NCBI GenBank assembly: GCA_963514005.1
Contig: CAUPSL010000102.1
Span: 62,001 to 121,536, forward strand
Source: Raja brachyura
Lineage: Eukaryota
Direction: 5' to 3'
Length of the DNA stretch: 59,536 nt
Shown here: piece after piece, positions 38,061 to 51,510 of the stretch
How the letters are laid out: the number at the start of each line of letters is the position of its first letter
Position numbering within the stretch: position 1 is the stretch's first letter
Translations under genes and position numbers: made by a program
Notes under the pieces: generated by a model
The model's database searches: none
Told to the model about the DNA's origin: nothing
What the model saw: only the letters and a program-made list of their open reading frames with translations

Positions 38061-39235
38061 ATAAGGTCGACATGACATCGACAAATGAACTGTATAACGG
38101 GGAATACTTCAAATTGTTTTTTGTAATTTTCACCAATGAATGTCTGTGCTAGAAATAAATGGGGCTGTACAGAACATGTATTTTGTTTTTGAAACCTTAC
38201 GCAAAGCTTTATAAACACACAGAGACTTGCGGTTAGACGTGTTTGTGCATGAAATGTGCAGGTTTGTGTTTATGATTGTTTTTATTGAAGTCACCTGTAC
38301 TGAGGTACAGTGAAAAGCCTTGTTTTGCTTGCTGTCCATAACAGATCCGTTCTACCGTACATAGATGCAATCAGGCCAAACTCAAGTACAACAGGTAGAG
38401 CAAAGGGGAAGATACAGAGTGCAGAATATAGTTCTCAGCATTGTAGTACATCAGTTCCAGACAAAGTCCAATGTCCGCAATGGGGTAGAGGTGAATCGGA
38501 CAGTATCCTAGCTTATGGAAGGACAGTTCAGAATCCTGATGACAGAGGGGAAGTAGCTGTTCCTGAGTCTGGTGGTGCGCACTTTGAAGCTTCACTACCT
38601 TCTGCCGGACGGGAGCGGGGAGAAGAAGGTGCCTCACAGCGCCAGACACCCGGGTCCGATCCTGACTACAGGTGCTGTTTGTGCGGAGCTTGTACGTTCT
38701 GTCCGTGACAGTGTGGGTTTCCTCCAGGTGCTCCGGTTTCCTCCCACAGAGGTACAGGTTTGTAGGTTAATTGGCCTTCTGTAATTTGCCCCTCGTGTGT
38801 AGGGAGTGGATGAGAACGTGGAGTAACATTGTGCATGTGTGAACGGGCGATCGATGGTCGGCGTGGACTCGGTGGGCCGGAGGGCCTGTTTCCATGCTGT
38901 ATCTCTGAACTAAAGAAAAGTAAACATTACCAAAGTTGGGTAAATCTACTCAACACTCGGTTGTCAGGGTTCCAGTGAATGGCCATCACAGCTGTGTTTC
39001 ACTTTGGTGTGAAATCGATCCTCAGACTCTGGAGATGAAACAAAAAGCTTTGGCTGGGGTTGACTGCAGACAGGGTGAGGGCAGATTCCAGACACTGATG
39101 GTAACTCCAGCCGGGAACAACAGCGAGGTGAAGCTGCATCCTCCACTCTGCAACCATGCTCTCTGCCAGCTTCCATCCGTGGCTGTATCCTCAGCCACTG
39201 GTCCCTCTCCCCGGGGAACACACACATACATGTAT

Positions 39236-39302
<67 letters not shown>

Positions 39303-39309
39303 CTCATAT

Positions 39310-40467
39310 CAGGCACGTGCCGTCAGGGTAGGCAAGGTAGGCACTGCCTACCCTGACTAAAATTATGAAATGGGAATTATTAAATATAAATAGTAAAGGC
39401 ATGGGAGAATTATGCCTATGTAGGAGACTGATCTCTTAGGTAGGCATAATTCCCTGTGCCTTTCACCCGCAGCGCTTGTGACACGGGAAGCTCTGTGCAG
39501 CCCCCGTGCCGTCAGCGCTGCCTGAAGCCGTCAATTTTAATCGGGGCTGAAGGCAGCAGAAATCCTGCCTTTGTAGCACTGCGCATGCGCAACATCATAC
39601 TGCGCATGCGCATCAGTCTACTGCGCATGCGCAGCGCAAGTTTATTGGCGGGGTTTTCAACCATGGTTTGTCGTGTCCCAATGATATGGTAAGTACATTT
39701 TGTGATTTATTTTTTTTAATACCGTATTTGCCAAGGTGTGGGGGGGTGTGGGAGTCGGAGTGGGGAGAGAGCTCCTTTCACAGCGTTTGGGGAGTCTGGC
39801 CCGGGGTAACGTTGCGGGGAGGGCACAAATGTTATGAATGAGGGGTCGGGGGCATCCACTTGCGACGTTCCTTGCAAGGGGGCTTGCAATTACACTGCTC
39901 TGAGGCCGGGGGGGGGGTGGGGGGGAGAGAGAGCGAGAAGTAGCTCGAGCGGCCGCCGGGCCGGACAGCGGAACCAGCCGCCACCTTAGCTCCAGAACCA
40001 CCCGCTCACCTCTGGCAGCTCTCCATCTAAAAACCTCTCTCCTGCCGCTCGCTGGCCTCACTCATGTCCTTAAATTCCAACAGCGCGATTGAGGTTACTC
40101 GGCTGTGGGAATTTAAGGATTTGCAGGAAGCCGCTGACATGAGTGAAGTCGGCGAACAGCAGGTGACAGGTGTTCAGACGGAGAGCACTGCCAAAGGTGA
40201 GCGGGCCGGCAGAAGGCGCTGAAGTGGTGGCCAGTTCAGCGGTGGCCACTCTCCGAGCTGCTTCTATCCCCAGCTACAGTGCGTGGCATCGCACCCGGAG
40301 AGCTGCGGCAGCGGTGAGGCAGTGAAGATTCAGCACTTTGTGATAAATCACTGTTTTTATTTATTTATTTATTTAACGGGGAGAACAATCTGCGCATGCG
40401 CGGTTTACATTTTTTTTTAAAGCGGACTGAGTGCCTACCCAGAGTAATTACTCACGGCACGTGCCTG
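39310..40467. mobile_element. Non-autonomous hAT-type element, copy 2
   Basis: Same TIRs; imperfect 8-bp TSD ACTCATAT/ACTCAAGT; sits next to a (TA)n(TG)n microsatellite at 39217-39302. Confidence 0.85.
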
Positions 40468-40486
40468 ACTCAAGTATATACTCACA

Positions 40487-40619
40487 NNNNNNNNNNNNNN
40501 NNNNNNNNNNNNNNNNNNNNNNNNNNNNNNNNNNNNNNNNNNNNNNNNNNNNNNNNNNNNNNNNNNNNNNNNNNNNNNNNNNNNNNNNNNNNNNNNNNNN
40601 NNNNNNNNNNNNNNNNNNN
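40487..40619. other. Assembly gap (133 N)
   Basis: Run of N. Confidence 1.
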
Positions 40620-40643
40620 ACACATTCACAAATACACACACAC

Positions 40644-42067
40644 CAGCCACGTGCCGTCAGGGTAGGCAAGGTAGGCACTGCCTACCCTGACTAAAATTAT
40701 AATATAGTCATTACTAAATATAAATAATGAAGGCATGGGAGAATTATGCCTATGTAAGAGACCGATCACTTACATAGGCATAATTCTCCGTGCCTTTCAT
40801 CCACAGCGCTTGTAGCACGGGAAGGTCTGTGCAGCCCACGTGCCGTCAGCGCTGCCTGAAGCCGTCAGTTTCAAGCGGGGCTGAAGGCAGCAGAAATTTT
40901 GCCTTTGTAACACTGTGCACGCGCATCATCCTACTGCGCATGCGCAGCGCTAGTTTCTTGGCGGGGTTTTCAAATATGGTTTGTCAATATTTTAAGTGTA
41001 TGTTAGGAAACAGCGAGAGAAGAATGGTGCTAGTGTACCAATGATGTGGTAAGTTCATATATTGGTAATGTTTTTAAATATCGTATTTCCCAGGGGGTGG
41101 GGGGAGACCTCCTTTCCAAGCGTTTGGGGAGTCTGGCCCGGGGTAAAGTTGCGGGGAGGGCATGAATGTTATGAAGGAGGGGATCGGGATACTGCCACTT
41201 GCGACGCTCCTTGCAAGGAGGCGTGGAATTCCACCGCATTGAGGCCGGGGGGGGGGGGGGGGGAGAGAAGTAGCTTGAGTGGCTGAGCAGCCGTCCGCCA
41301 CCTTAGCTCCTTCTGCCGGTCCCCGCTCACCTCTGGCAGTTTTCCGTCTAAAAACCTCTCTCCTGCCGCTCGCTGGCCTCACTCATGTCCTTAAATTCCA
41401 ACAGCGCGTTTGAGGTTACTCGGCTGTGGGAATTTAAGGATTTGCAGGACACCGCTGACATGAGCGAAGTCGGCGAACAGCAGGTGACAGGTGTTCCGAC
41501 GGAGAACACTGCCAAAGGTGAGCGGGCCGGCAGAAGGCACTGAAGTTGCGGCCAGTTCTGCTGTTGGGTCCCGGTGTCTGCTCGTAGCTCCCCGAGCTGC
41601 TTCTATCCCCAGCTACAGTGCGTGGCTTCGCGCCCGGAGAGCTGCGATAGTTGTGAGTGAGTTACTGGCAGTATCCCTGACACCCTCCTTCTCAACACTC
41701 GTGCCCTCCCCACAACTTTACCACTGGCACAGACTCTTCACACGCTGTGAAAGGAAATGTTCCCCCAATTGGTCCCTTGAACAAGTGTTGTCATTCAATA
41801 AGATGACAACTGATTTAACTAATCCCTGTGCTCCCGCTTTTCCCACCATCTCTCCATCTTTCCATCTGCCCTTACCCTTCACCCTCCCCCCCTCCCCCAA
41901 TTCAGTAATTCAGAATAAAGGAGACGAGGAAGCCTTAGGCAAATTGAATTGTCACTGATTTTATTTTTAAATGTATTTAACGGAGAGAACAATCTGCGCA
42001 TGCGCGGTTTAATTTTTTTAAGCGTACTGAGTGCCTACCCTGACTAATTACTCACCGCACGTGCCTG
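40644..42067. mobile_element. Non-autonomous hAT-type element, copy 3
   Basis: TIRs CAGCCACGTGCCGT / CCGCACGTGCCTG; flanked by ACACACAC on both sides within a CA microsatellite. Confidence 0.85.
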
Positions 42068-43265
42068 ACACACACACACATATACACACATACATATATA
42101 CACACACACGGATATATATACACACATACAGCACACATGACTATATACACACACATAACTATATATACACACACATATCCACACAACACACATAACTATA
42201 TACACACACATAACTATACACGCACACACACATAACTATATACACACACTATAACACACCTCTCTCTCTCATATTCCATCTGCTTGCATTTGTCATTCGA
42301 TTGGTTGAAGTGGAAAGGCTGAGCGCCCTCTCAGAGCCACAGCTCCCTGTCCTGAATCCGCTGTTTTAATTTAAAGATTTCGTGGAAACCTTAGTGCCAA
42401 CTTTTCCACACAGAGGGTGGCGGGTGTATGGAACTAACTGCCGGGGGAGATCGTTGAAGCGGGTACTATAACAACATGTAAACTATATTTGGACAGAGGA
42501 CACACAAAATGCTGGAGCGAAGGAGATAGGCAACGCTTCGGGCCGAAACGTTGCCTATTTCCTTGGCTCCATAGATGCTGCTGCACCCGCTGAGTTTCTC
42601 CAGCATTTTGTGTACCCTCGATTTTCCAGCATCTGCAGTTCCTTCTTTAACACATATATTTGGACAGACACGTGGATTGGAAATGTTTAGCGGGATATGG
42701 GGCAAACACAGGCAAACGGAACCAGTGGAAGCAAGACAGGGTGAGAGGAATGGTTGATAGATTAGCAGAAGCTTACACTGACGGAGAGCGTGGACAAACG
42801 ACAACTGTTGCACATTTCTGTTTGGGTATATTTTACATCTGAGTCACGTGATTGACTTCGTGAAGACCCCGCCAGCACGCATGCGCGACATATGGTTGCT
42901 CGCATTTGCAGTCGACAGCTGGGGGAGGGAGTGCTCTTCCCCAACTACACCTTCAAAAGAAGCTCTAAGGTAAGTTTTACTAACCTTGAGCTGGTTGTCC
43001 CTGTAAGCTTAGTTACTCTACTTACAGGTGCGATGGAGAAAAAAGGGAAGGCGAAAGCTTCCAAGAGCCGCGGGACTTCGGAGGGAAGTCAGCGGCCGAT
43101 ATCCTCGGAGCTGCCCGCAACACCGGCAGCACCCGCTCTGCGGGCGGGGAAAAAGTCGCGGTAGTTGGGCAGCCCTGCGGAGTTGGCAGGGCCCGACTCT
43201 CCACCACAGCAGGGGATAGAGCTGCATGGTGGTCGGAGCACCGCGCAGAAGCAGGGTAGTATAGA

Positions 43266-44920
43266 GTGTTAAAGAAGGAACTGCAGATGCTGGAAAATCG
43301 AGGGTACACAAAAGGCTGGAGAAACTCAGCGGGTGCAGCAGCATCTAAGCAGCGTCCAGTCACATGGACGTCCGGTCACTCCACACCTCCATCCCCCACC
43401 AGGATGGTCTCAAAGCCCTCCGGTACTTCCTCGACCAGAGGAGCAACCCATACCCATCCACTGACACCCTCCTCCGCCTAGCGGAGTTGGTCCTTACCCT
43501 CAATAACTTCTCTTTTGACTCCTCCCATTTCCTCCAAATAGAACGCGTAGCTATGGGCACACGCATGGGCCCTAGCTACGCCTGCCTCTTTGTCGGGTAC
43601 GTCGAACAATCCTTGTTCTCTGCGTACCAGGGCCCCACCCCCGACCTTTACCTCCGTTACATTGACAACTGCTTTGGTGTCACCTCCTGCACCCACACAC
43701 AACTGACTGACTTCATCCATTTCACCACCAACTTCCATCCGGCACTCAAATACACTTGGACCATTTCGACATTTCCCTACCATTCCTTGACCTCACCATC
43801 TCTATTGCAGGTGATACACTCCTGACTGACATCCAATACAAACCAACTGACTCCCACAGCTACCTGGACTACTCTTCCTCCCACCCTGCTTCCTGTAAGG
43901 ACTCCATCCCCTATTCCCAATCCCTCCGTCTACGCCGCATCTGCTCCCAGGATGAGGTATTCCACACCAGGTCATCACAAATGTCGCCCTGGTCCTCACC
44001 TTTCACCCCACCAGCCAGCGCATACAACACATAGTCCTCCGCCAGTTTCGCCACCTCCAACGTGACCCCTCCACTCGCCACATCTTCCCATCTCCCCCCG
44101 TCTGCCTTCCGCAAAGACCGCTCCCTCCGCAACTGCCTTGTCAATTCTTCCCTTCCCTCCCAATCCACCCCTTCCCCGGGCACTTTCCCTTGCAACCGCA
44201 AGAGATGCTACACTTGTCCCTTCACCTCCCCCATCCACTCCTTTCAGGGACCCAAGCAGTCCTTCCAGGTCCAACAGAGGTTCACCTGCACCTCCTCCAA
44301 CCTCATCTACTGCATCCGTTGCTCCAGATGCCGGCTGATCTATATCGGTGAGACCAAGCGGAGGCTTGGCGATCGTTTCGCCGAACACCTCCTCTCGGTC
44401 CGCAATAACCAACCCGACCTCCCGGTGGCTAAGCACTTCAACTCCCCCTCCCATTTCGTATCCGACCTCTCGGTCCTGGGCCTCCTCCACGGCCAGAGTG
44501 AGCAACACCGCAAGTTGGAGGAACAGCACCTCATATTCCGCTTGGGGAGTCTGCATCCTCTGGGCTTAAACATTGAATTTTCTCAATTCTGTTAACCCTT
44601 GCTGCCTCCTCCCCTTCCCACCTCTCCCTCAGCCCTCGGGCCCTGGCATTCCCTCTCTCGATCTCCCCCCCACCCAAGTCGCACTAGCTTCTCATTTTCA
44701 CACTACAAACAGCTTACAATGGCCTGTTTCCTTTATCATCGATACTTTTTTGCATATCTTTCATTCATTGTTCTTTATCTCTCCACATCACTGTCTATAA
44801 TCTCTCGTTTCCCTGATCCCTGACCAGTCTGAAGAAGGGTCTCGACCCGAAACGTCGCCTATCTCCTTCGCTCCTTAGATGCTGCTGCACCCGCTGAGTT
44901 TCTCCGGCCTTTTGTGTATT
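43266..44920 (+). mobile_element. Penelope-like element (Neptune-type Cys-rich linker) nested in DIRS gag; RT + GIY-YIG + pLTR, with inverted pLTR piece at the 5' end
   Basis: MDVRSLHTSIP, AMGTRMGPSYA, YLRYIDN, CNRKRCYTC, NLIYCIRC..IYIGET. 14-bp duplication CAGGGTAGT(A/G)TAGA at 43252-43265 and 44921-44934. Confidence 0.92.
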
Positions 44921-46172
44921 CAGGGTAGTGTAGACCCTGGCTTCATGCCGCTATCGCCCAAAGTCAGGGCTAGCGGCAAACAGGTAGGTAAAAACGTGCC
45001 ACGGACAGCGGCGCGTTCTGTTTCCCCTGTTTTGCAGGTCCCCAGAGGGCGGACCAGGGGGAAAGCTGCGTCCAGATCGAGCCCCGCTGCAGCGGACGGC
45101 ATCGACAGGCCGCCGGGGGTAACCTGCTAGATTGCGGACCAGTGATGGATCTGCTGGGAAGTCGGGGAGCCCCGCAGGAGCAGGAGGTACCGGCTCACCA
45201 CCGGGACAGGAGTGCAGGCCGGTGGCAGCGGATTTCGGTCGTGCGGCCCCGCTGAGGCGGCAGCCAGCGACCATGCGCCGTCACAGACCCGTGTAACCGG
45301 GGGTGGCGGTAAGCCCGCGCGGATGCCGGGGAGCCCCGCTGCGGCGGCCGGCACCGACTCATCTCCGCTTCTGTCTAACCAGACAGGCGGGCCGCTACAG
45401 TCCGGAAGACGGCGGACTTGCGGCAAGTCCACGCGGGAGTCGTGCGGCCCCGCAGGAGCGGCAGGCAGCGACTACCTGCCAATGCACCCTAGACATCACC
45501 TCGTCCGTTGGTAGAAGCCCCAAGTCGGCTTCCCCAGCATGAAGAACCTGGGGAAGCCGACTTGTCGTCCGCTTATTGCGGCGGCGGTCGCATGGCCAGG
45601 AAGGAGCGAATGGTAGAGCAGCCACTCCAAAGAGACCTGTAACATCAAGAGCGGGGATCCCAGCGATCCAGGAGTCATGCTGTGGGTCCGACAAGTATTT
45701 CTCCCTCATCCGCCGACAGCGCCAGAAGTCAGTGGTTAGCTGACTTCGATGAGAGGTTGGGCAGGAGCCAACAGTAGAAGAGGCCACTGCGCCAATAGTT
45801 CCACAGGAAGAGCTATTGGACGTGGTCTCCAAATTTACAAAGCCTGGACATTCAGGAAAACCGCTTCAACCCAAACTAGCGGCAAGTATAAATGTTCTCA
45901 CAACCCACCAGCTGCAGGAACAGGTGTTGACGGAGGCTATGGAGAAATATAAAGCCCCAGGAAATTGTGTAACCCTGAATGTCCCAACAGTCAACATGCC
46001 CATCTGGGGGAACATCAGTCCCGGAACCAGGGCCCAGGAGCTGAAGAGGCAGAAAATCTTACAGCTGTTGACTTCAGGCATTACGGCATTCGCCAGAACC
46101 ATGGACGGGACCGATATAACAGAGGAACAACAAGATGCTCTGGCTCTGTTATGCAATACGCAATTTGAAATG

Positions 46173-47480
46173 GACCATTTCCGACATTTCCCTATCATTC
46201 CTTGACCTCACCATCTCTATTGCAGGTGATACACTCCTGACCGACATCCACTACAAACCAACTGACTCCCACAGCTACCTGGACTACTCTTCCTCCCACC
46301 CTGCTTCCTGTTAGGACTCCATCCCCTATTCCCAATTCCTCCGTCTACGCCGCATCTGCTCCCAGATTGAGGTGTTCCACACCAGGTCATCACAAATATC
46401 CTCGTTCTTCAGAGAACGGGGTTTCCCCTCCCCCACTATAGATGAGGCTCGCACCAGGGTCTCCTCCATACCCCGCAACACTGCCCTCTCTCCCCATTCC
46501 CCCACTCACAACAAGGGCCGAGTCCCCCTGGTCCTCACCTTTCACCCTACCAGCCGGCACATACAACAGATAGTCCTCCGCCAGTTTCGCCACCTCCAAC
46601 GTGACCCCTCCACTCGCCACATCTTCCCATCTGCCCGCCTGTCTGCCTTCCACAAAGACCGCTCCCTCCGCAACTCCCTTGTCAATTCTTCCCTTCCCTC
46701 CTGCTCCACCCCTTCCCCGGGCACTTTCCCTTGCAACCGCAAGAGATGCTACACTTGTCCCTTCACCTCCTCCATCCACTCCTTTCAGGGACCCAAGCAG
46801 TCCTTCCAACTCCGACAGAGGTTCACCTGCACCTCCTCCAACCTCATCTACTGCATCCGTTGCTCCAGATGCCAGCTGATCTACATCGGTGAGACCAAGC
46901 GGAGGCTGGGCGATCATTTCGCCGAACACCTCCGCTCGGTCCGCAATAACCAACCCGACCTCCCGGTGGCTCAGCACTTCAACTCCCCCTCCCATTCCGT
47001 ATCCGACCTCTCGGTCCTGGGCCTCCTCCACGGCCAGAGTGAGCAACACCGCAAGTTGGAGGAACAGCACCTCATATTCCGCTTGGGGAGTCTGCATCCT
47101 CTTGGCTTAAACATTTAATTTTCTCAATTCTGTTAACCCAGGCTGCCTCCTCCCCTTCGCCACCTCTCCCTCAGCCCTCGGGCCCTGGCATTCCTTCTCT
47201 CCCTATCTCCCCCCCCCCACCCAAGTCGCACTAGCTTCTCATTTTCACACTACAAACAGCTTACAATGGCCTGTTTCCTTTATCATCAATACTTTTTTGC
47301 ATATCTTTCATTCATTGTTCTTTATCTCTCCACATCACCGTCTATATCTCTCGTTTCCCTGATCCCTGACCAGTCTGAAGAAGGGTCTCGACCCGAAACG
47401 TCGCCTATCTCCTTCGCTCCTTAGATGCTGCTGCACCCGCTGAGTTTCTCGATTCTCCAGCATCTGCAGTTCCTTCTTGA
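46173..47480 (+). mobile_element. Penelope-like element, 5'-truncated, nested in DIRS gag
   Basis: ORF 46372-47118 with GIY-YIG; perfect 15-bp TSD ACGCAATTTGAAATG at 46158-46172 and 47481-47495. Confidence 0.92.
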
Positions 47481-47889
47481 ACGCAATTTGAAATGAATTG
47501 TTTCAGGAAAAGCTCCATCCGGCCCACACTCAAGCCGAAATTTGCAGGGTTGTGCAAAGCCTCTACCACACCACCGCCCAGGCAGCTGTTCGGGGAGGAC
47601 CTACCTAAACAGGTCAAGGTGTTGGATGAGGAGGCCAAAGCAGTCGAACTGATGAAACCTCTGTCATCAACCACGCCACAGGCGTATCAGAGACACCATC
47701 CGTACCCTAACTCCAAGCCTCGGGGACAACCGGATAGGGCACCGAGAGCTTACCCACCGACCGCTCCTCATCAGTAGAAGCCTTCTTTAGGGCAGGGCCA
47801 ACAGAGGCCAGCATGGAAGATGCGCCAAAACCCCACCCCAGCAACACAACGTCCACCAAAAGCCCAGAACACCAAGCCCGCCAGTAACC

Positions 47890-49825
47890 ATGGAGGTAAG
47901 GGGGTCTGGTTCTTTCAAGAAAGCTGCATGCATAACCTCACAAGTGGGAGGAAGGTTGCGTGCATTCTGGGATGCAGGGGTGCTATAACTTCGGATACCT
48001 TTATTCTACAAAGTCTTCAGGGTTATGAGATAGAATTTATCAATGGGCGTCTTCCCCCAACTCAACATGTACCTGGCCGCAAATTTGCACTCTCTCGAAA
48101 AAGAGAAAGAGGAAGGACTTGTGGAAATATTAAGGCTATCTGCCAGAGGGATAATAGAGAAAACGACACATTGACCTTTTGAATTTGTGTCCAACATCTT
48201 TACAAAAACCAAAAAAGATGGTAGATGCCGGATTATCATTGATCTAACCCATTTAAATACTTTTGTACAATATACCCATTTCAAGATGGAGACATTCGAA
48301 ACGGCTAAACTGCTGATTTCCCGAGGGTACTTTATGGCCTGCATCGATTTAAAAGATGCATACTATCCAGTACCTATAAAAGAACACCACCGGCAATGCT
48401 TAAAATTTGTCTGGATGGGCAACTGTGGCAATACAAAGCCCTACCCAATGGACTTACCACAGCCCCTAGGTTATTTACAAAAAAATTAAAACCAATATTG
48501 GCATCCCTTAGACAACATAATTATATAGTCATGGCATATTTAGGCGATATCTTAATTGATGGGAAAACCCTGGAACTAGCTGAACTAGCAGTAACAGCCA
48601 CCAAAACGTTATTCGAGAAACTAGGGTTTGTTATCCATCCAGACAAATCTAACTTCAACCCGTCTATGGTCATGGACTACCTGGGATTCACTATTAACAC
48701 CAATCAAATGATTGTCACTATCCCAGCCAGCAAAGCAATAGATATAAAAGAGGCATGTAACCGCCTTCCTTGCGCCAGGGTACAGAATATCAGACACGCT
48801 GCTAAGCTAATTGGGAAACTCGTAGCTACATTTCCAGCTGCGCAATTTGGCCCATTACATTATCAAAATTTGCAAAGAGCAAAAATTTCAGCATTAAAAG
48901 CAAATGCTGGACACTTTGACAGACCTATGCAGCTGCTAAAATCAAGGCTAAAATTGAGCTACAATGGTGGGTAAGCAATGTTAGTGATTGCTTTAAACCC
49001 ATCATTATATCCAACCCATCAGTCGTGTTACAAACCGACGCAAGCGCCCAAGGCTGGGGAGCTACAGACACCACTTCCAGTGGTGGCGGCGGCGGAAGGG
49101 ATTCTCATGAGTCTACCTTTCTTCAATCACAAGGTATAAACTGTTTGGAAATGCTGGGAGCATTTCACGGGCTGCGGGCTTACTGCACAAATTTACATCA
49201 TACGCATGTCCGCCTTCAAATAGATAATACCACTGTGGTGGCATATTTAAACCATATGGGTGGTATCAGGTTAGTATCTTGTGATGAATTGGCAAATACA
49301 ATCTGGCTCTGGTGTATTGAAAGAAATATTTGGATATCAGCCACTTACCTTCCGGGTAAGCTCAATACAGTGGCGGACACCAGGTCACGAGTATTCAATG
49401 ACAACATCGAGTGGATGTTGAACCCCCAAATATTTGCTGAAATTATAGCTAAATTTGGAACACCAGATATCGACCTCTTTACGTCCAGGTTGAACCATCA
49501 GATACCAACATATGTCTCTTGGGAACCAGATCCTGGGGCAGTGGCAATGGATGCATTTTCTCTCCATTGGGGGAAATGGTTTTGCTATGCATTTCCCCCA
49601 TTCTGCCTCATCAGTCGGGTATTGCAGAAAAGTGAACTGGATTCTGCATCAGGCATTCTGATAATACCTGACTGGCCCACACAACCATGGTACCCGGTGG
49701 TCCTCCATATGTTAAAAGTTCCATGGTTACAAATTACCAAAAGCCCAAATTTGGTCACTAACCCCATCACTGGGGAGAGTCATCCGTGCCATGGTCATCT
49801 GAACCTGTTGGCTTGCAGGTTCTGA
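47890..49825 (+). pseudogene. DIRS pol: RT, RNase H and methyltransferase-like domain (frameshifted)
   Basis: SNIFTKTKKDGRCRIIIDL, HFKME, IDLKDAY, LPNGLTTAPRLFTK, AYLGDILI (YLDD decayed), LQTDASAQGWG, INCLE, QIDNTTVVAY, PGKLNTVAD, IDLF, YAFPPF, PDWPTQPW. Confidence 0.9.
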
Positions 49826-51510
49826 AGAGGCCACTGCTGGAGTTCGGACTGTCATCCAGGGCCATGGACATCATTACGGCATCGTGCAGAGTATCTACCA
49901 GGAAGCAGCACCTAACCCAAATCAGGAAGTGGGAAGCCTACTGCAGTCGGACGAAGACAACCTACAACTCTGCCACGATCCCTGACGGTAGGGAATTGAA
50001 GAATACAGTTGAACAGAGGGATCTGGGAATAACCGTGCATAGTTCCTTGAAGGTGGAATCTCATATAGATAGGGTGGTAAAGAAAGCTTTTGGTATGCTA
50101 GCCTTTATAAATCAGAGCATTGAGTATATTAGCTGGGATGTAATGTTAAAATTGTACAAGGCATTGGTGAGACCAAATCTGGAGTATGGTGTACAATTTT
50201 GGTCGCCCAATTATAGGAAGGATGTCAACAAAATAGAGAAGGTACAGAGGAGATTTATTAGAATGTTGCCTGGGTTTCAACAGCTAAGTTACAGAGATAG
50301 GTTGAATAAGTTAGGTCTTTATTCTCTGGAGCGCAGAAGGTTAAGGGGGGACTTGATAGAGGTCTTTAAAATGATGAGAGGGATAGACAGAGTTGATGTG
50401 GACAAGCTTTTCCCTTTGAGAATAGGGAAGATTCAAACAAGAGGACATGACTTTAGAATTAAGGGACAGAGGTTTAGGGGTAACATGAGGGGGAACTTCT
50501 TTACTCAGAGAGTGGTAGCGGTGTGGAATGAGCTTCCAGTGGAAGTGGTGGCGGCAGGTTCGTTGATATCATTTAAAAATAAATTGGATAGGCACTGGGA
50601 TGAGAAGGGTATGGAGGGTTATGGTATGAGTGCAGGCAGGTGGGACTAAAGGGAAAAAGGTTGTTCGGCACGGACTTGAAGGGCCGAGATGGCCTGTTTC
50701 CGTGCTGTAATTGTTATATGTTATATGTATTGGAATTCCTCGCGGGCCTTCATTTTGATGAAGGACTCAGCTACAGTGCGAGCAGTGCGCTATCAACCTA
50801 CCTCAATATTGGAGTGGGATCACACCAGCTGGTGTCTAAATTCATGAGGGGTATTTTTAATACTAACCCTCCACGACCCAGATACAACATTGCCTGGGAT
50901 GTAGGGGTGGTGTTGACCCTATTCAGGAGCTGGTCACCCATGATGGGGTTACCGCTAGACAGATTCAGCTATAAAGTGCTGATGTTGATGGCACTGACCA
51001 CAGCTCAGCGGGTCCAGACCTTGCAGAAACTGAAATTGGACAGTATGGTCTCGGCCGCTGAGAAAGTAACCTTCTTTATAGAGGAGTTACTAAAGCAGCA
51101 TAGACCGGGATCTACACGGCTGCAGTTGGAATTCAGTGCATACCCCCACTGATGCCACCCTCTGCATAGCCACTCATCTACGGTACTACATCTAAGCCAC
51201 ACGCACCATCAGGAAGATGGAGCAGGGTCTATTCATCAGCCACATTAAACCACATCACCGGGTGACGGTGCAGACTATCTCCAGGTGGCTCAGGGTGGTG
51301 TTGGGTGCAGCAGGTATTGATACTAACGTTTTAAAATCTCATTCTACCTGGGCTGCATCCACATCAGCAGCTAGGACTATGGAGGTTCCCATGAATCATG
51401 TCCTCGCTACCGCGGGCTGGGCCAGTGAGACAACCTTTCAACGGTTCTATAACAAGCCAGTGGCCGCTCCCGCAATGTTTGCGGAATCAGTATTAAGTAC
51501 CGTTCTGTAA
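49819..51510 (+). pseudogene. DIRS tyrosine recombinase, interrupted by CR1 and frameshifted
   Basis: ATIPD|VLEFLAGL is split by CR1. PPRPRY..WDV, LTTAQRVQTL, QTISRW, SHSTWAASTS (HxxR arginine replaced by W), AGWASETTFQRFY. Confidence 0.88.
49987..50726 (+). mobile_element. CR1 3' fragment nested in DIRS YR
   Basis: GRELKNTVEQRDLG...EGYGMSAGRWD; GTTATAT tail. Confidence 0.9.

Noticed and set aside
39310-42067. Two hAT copies flanking the N gap as a haplotype-duplication artefact
   Set aside because: The copies differ by many substitutions, large indels and flanks, so they are probably independent insertions; the gap itself prevents certainty.
49786-50649. YR-CR1 fusion ORF (287 aa) as a novel chimeric protein
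   Set aside because: A chance in-frame junction of a CR1 fragment inserted into a dead recombinase gene.
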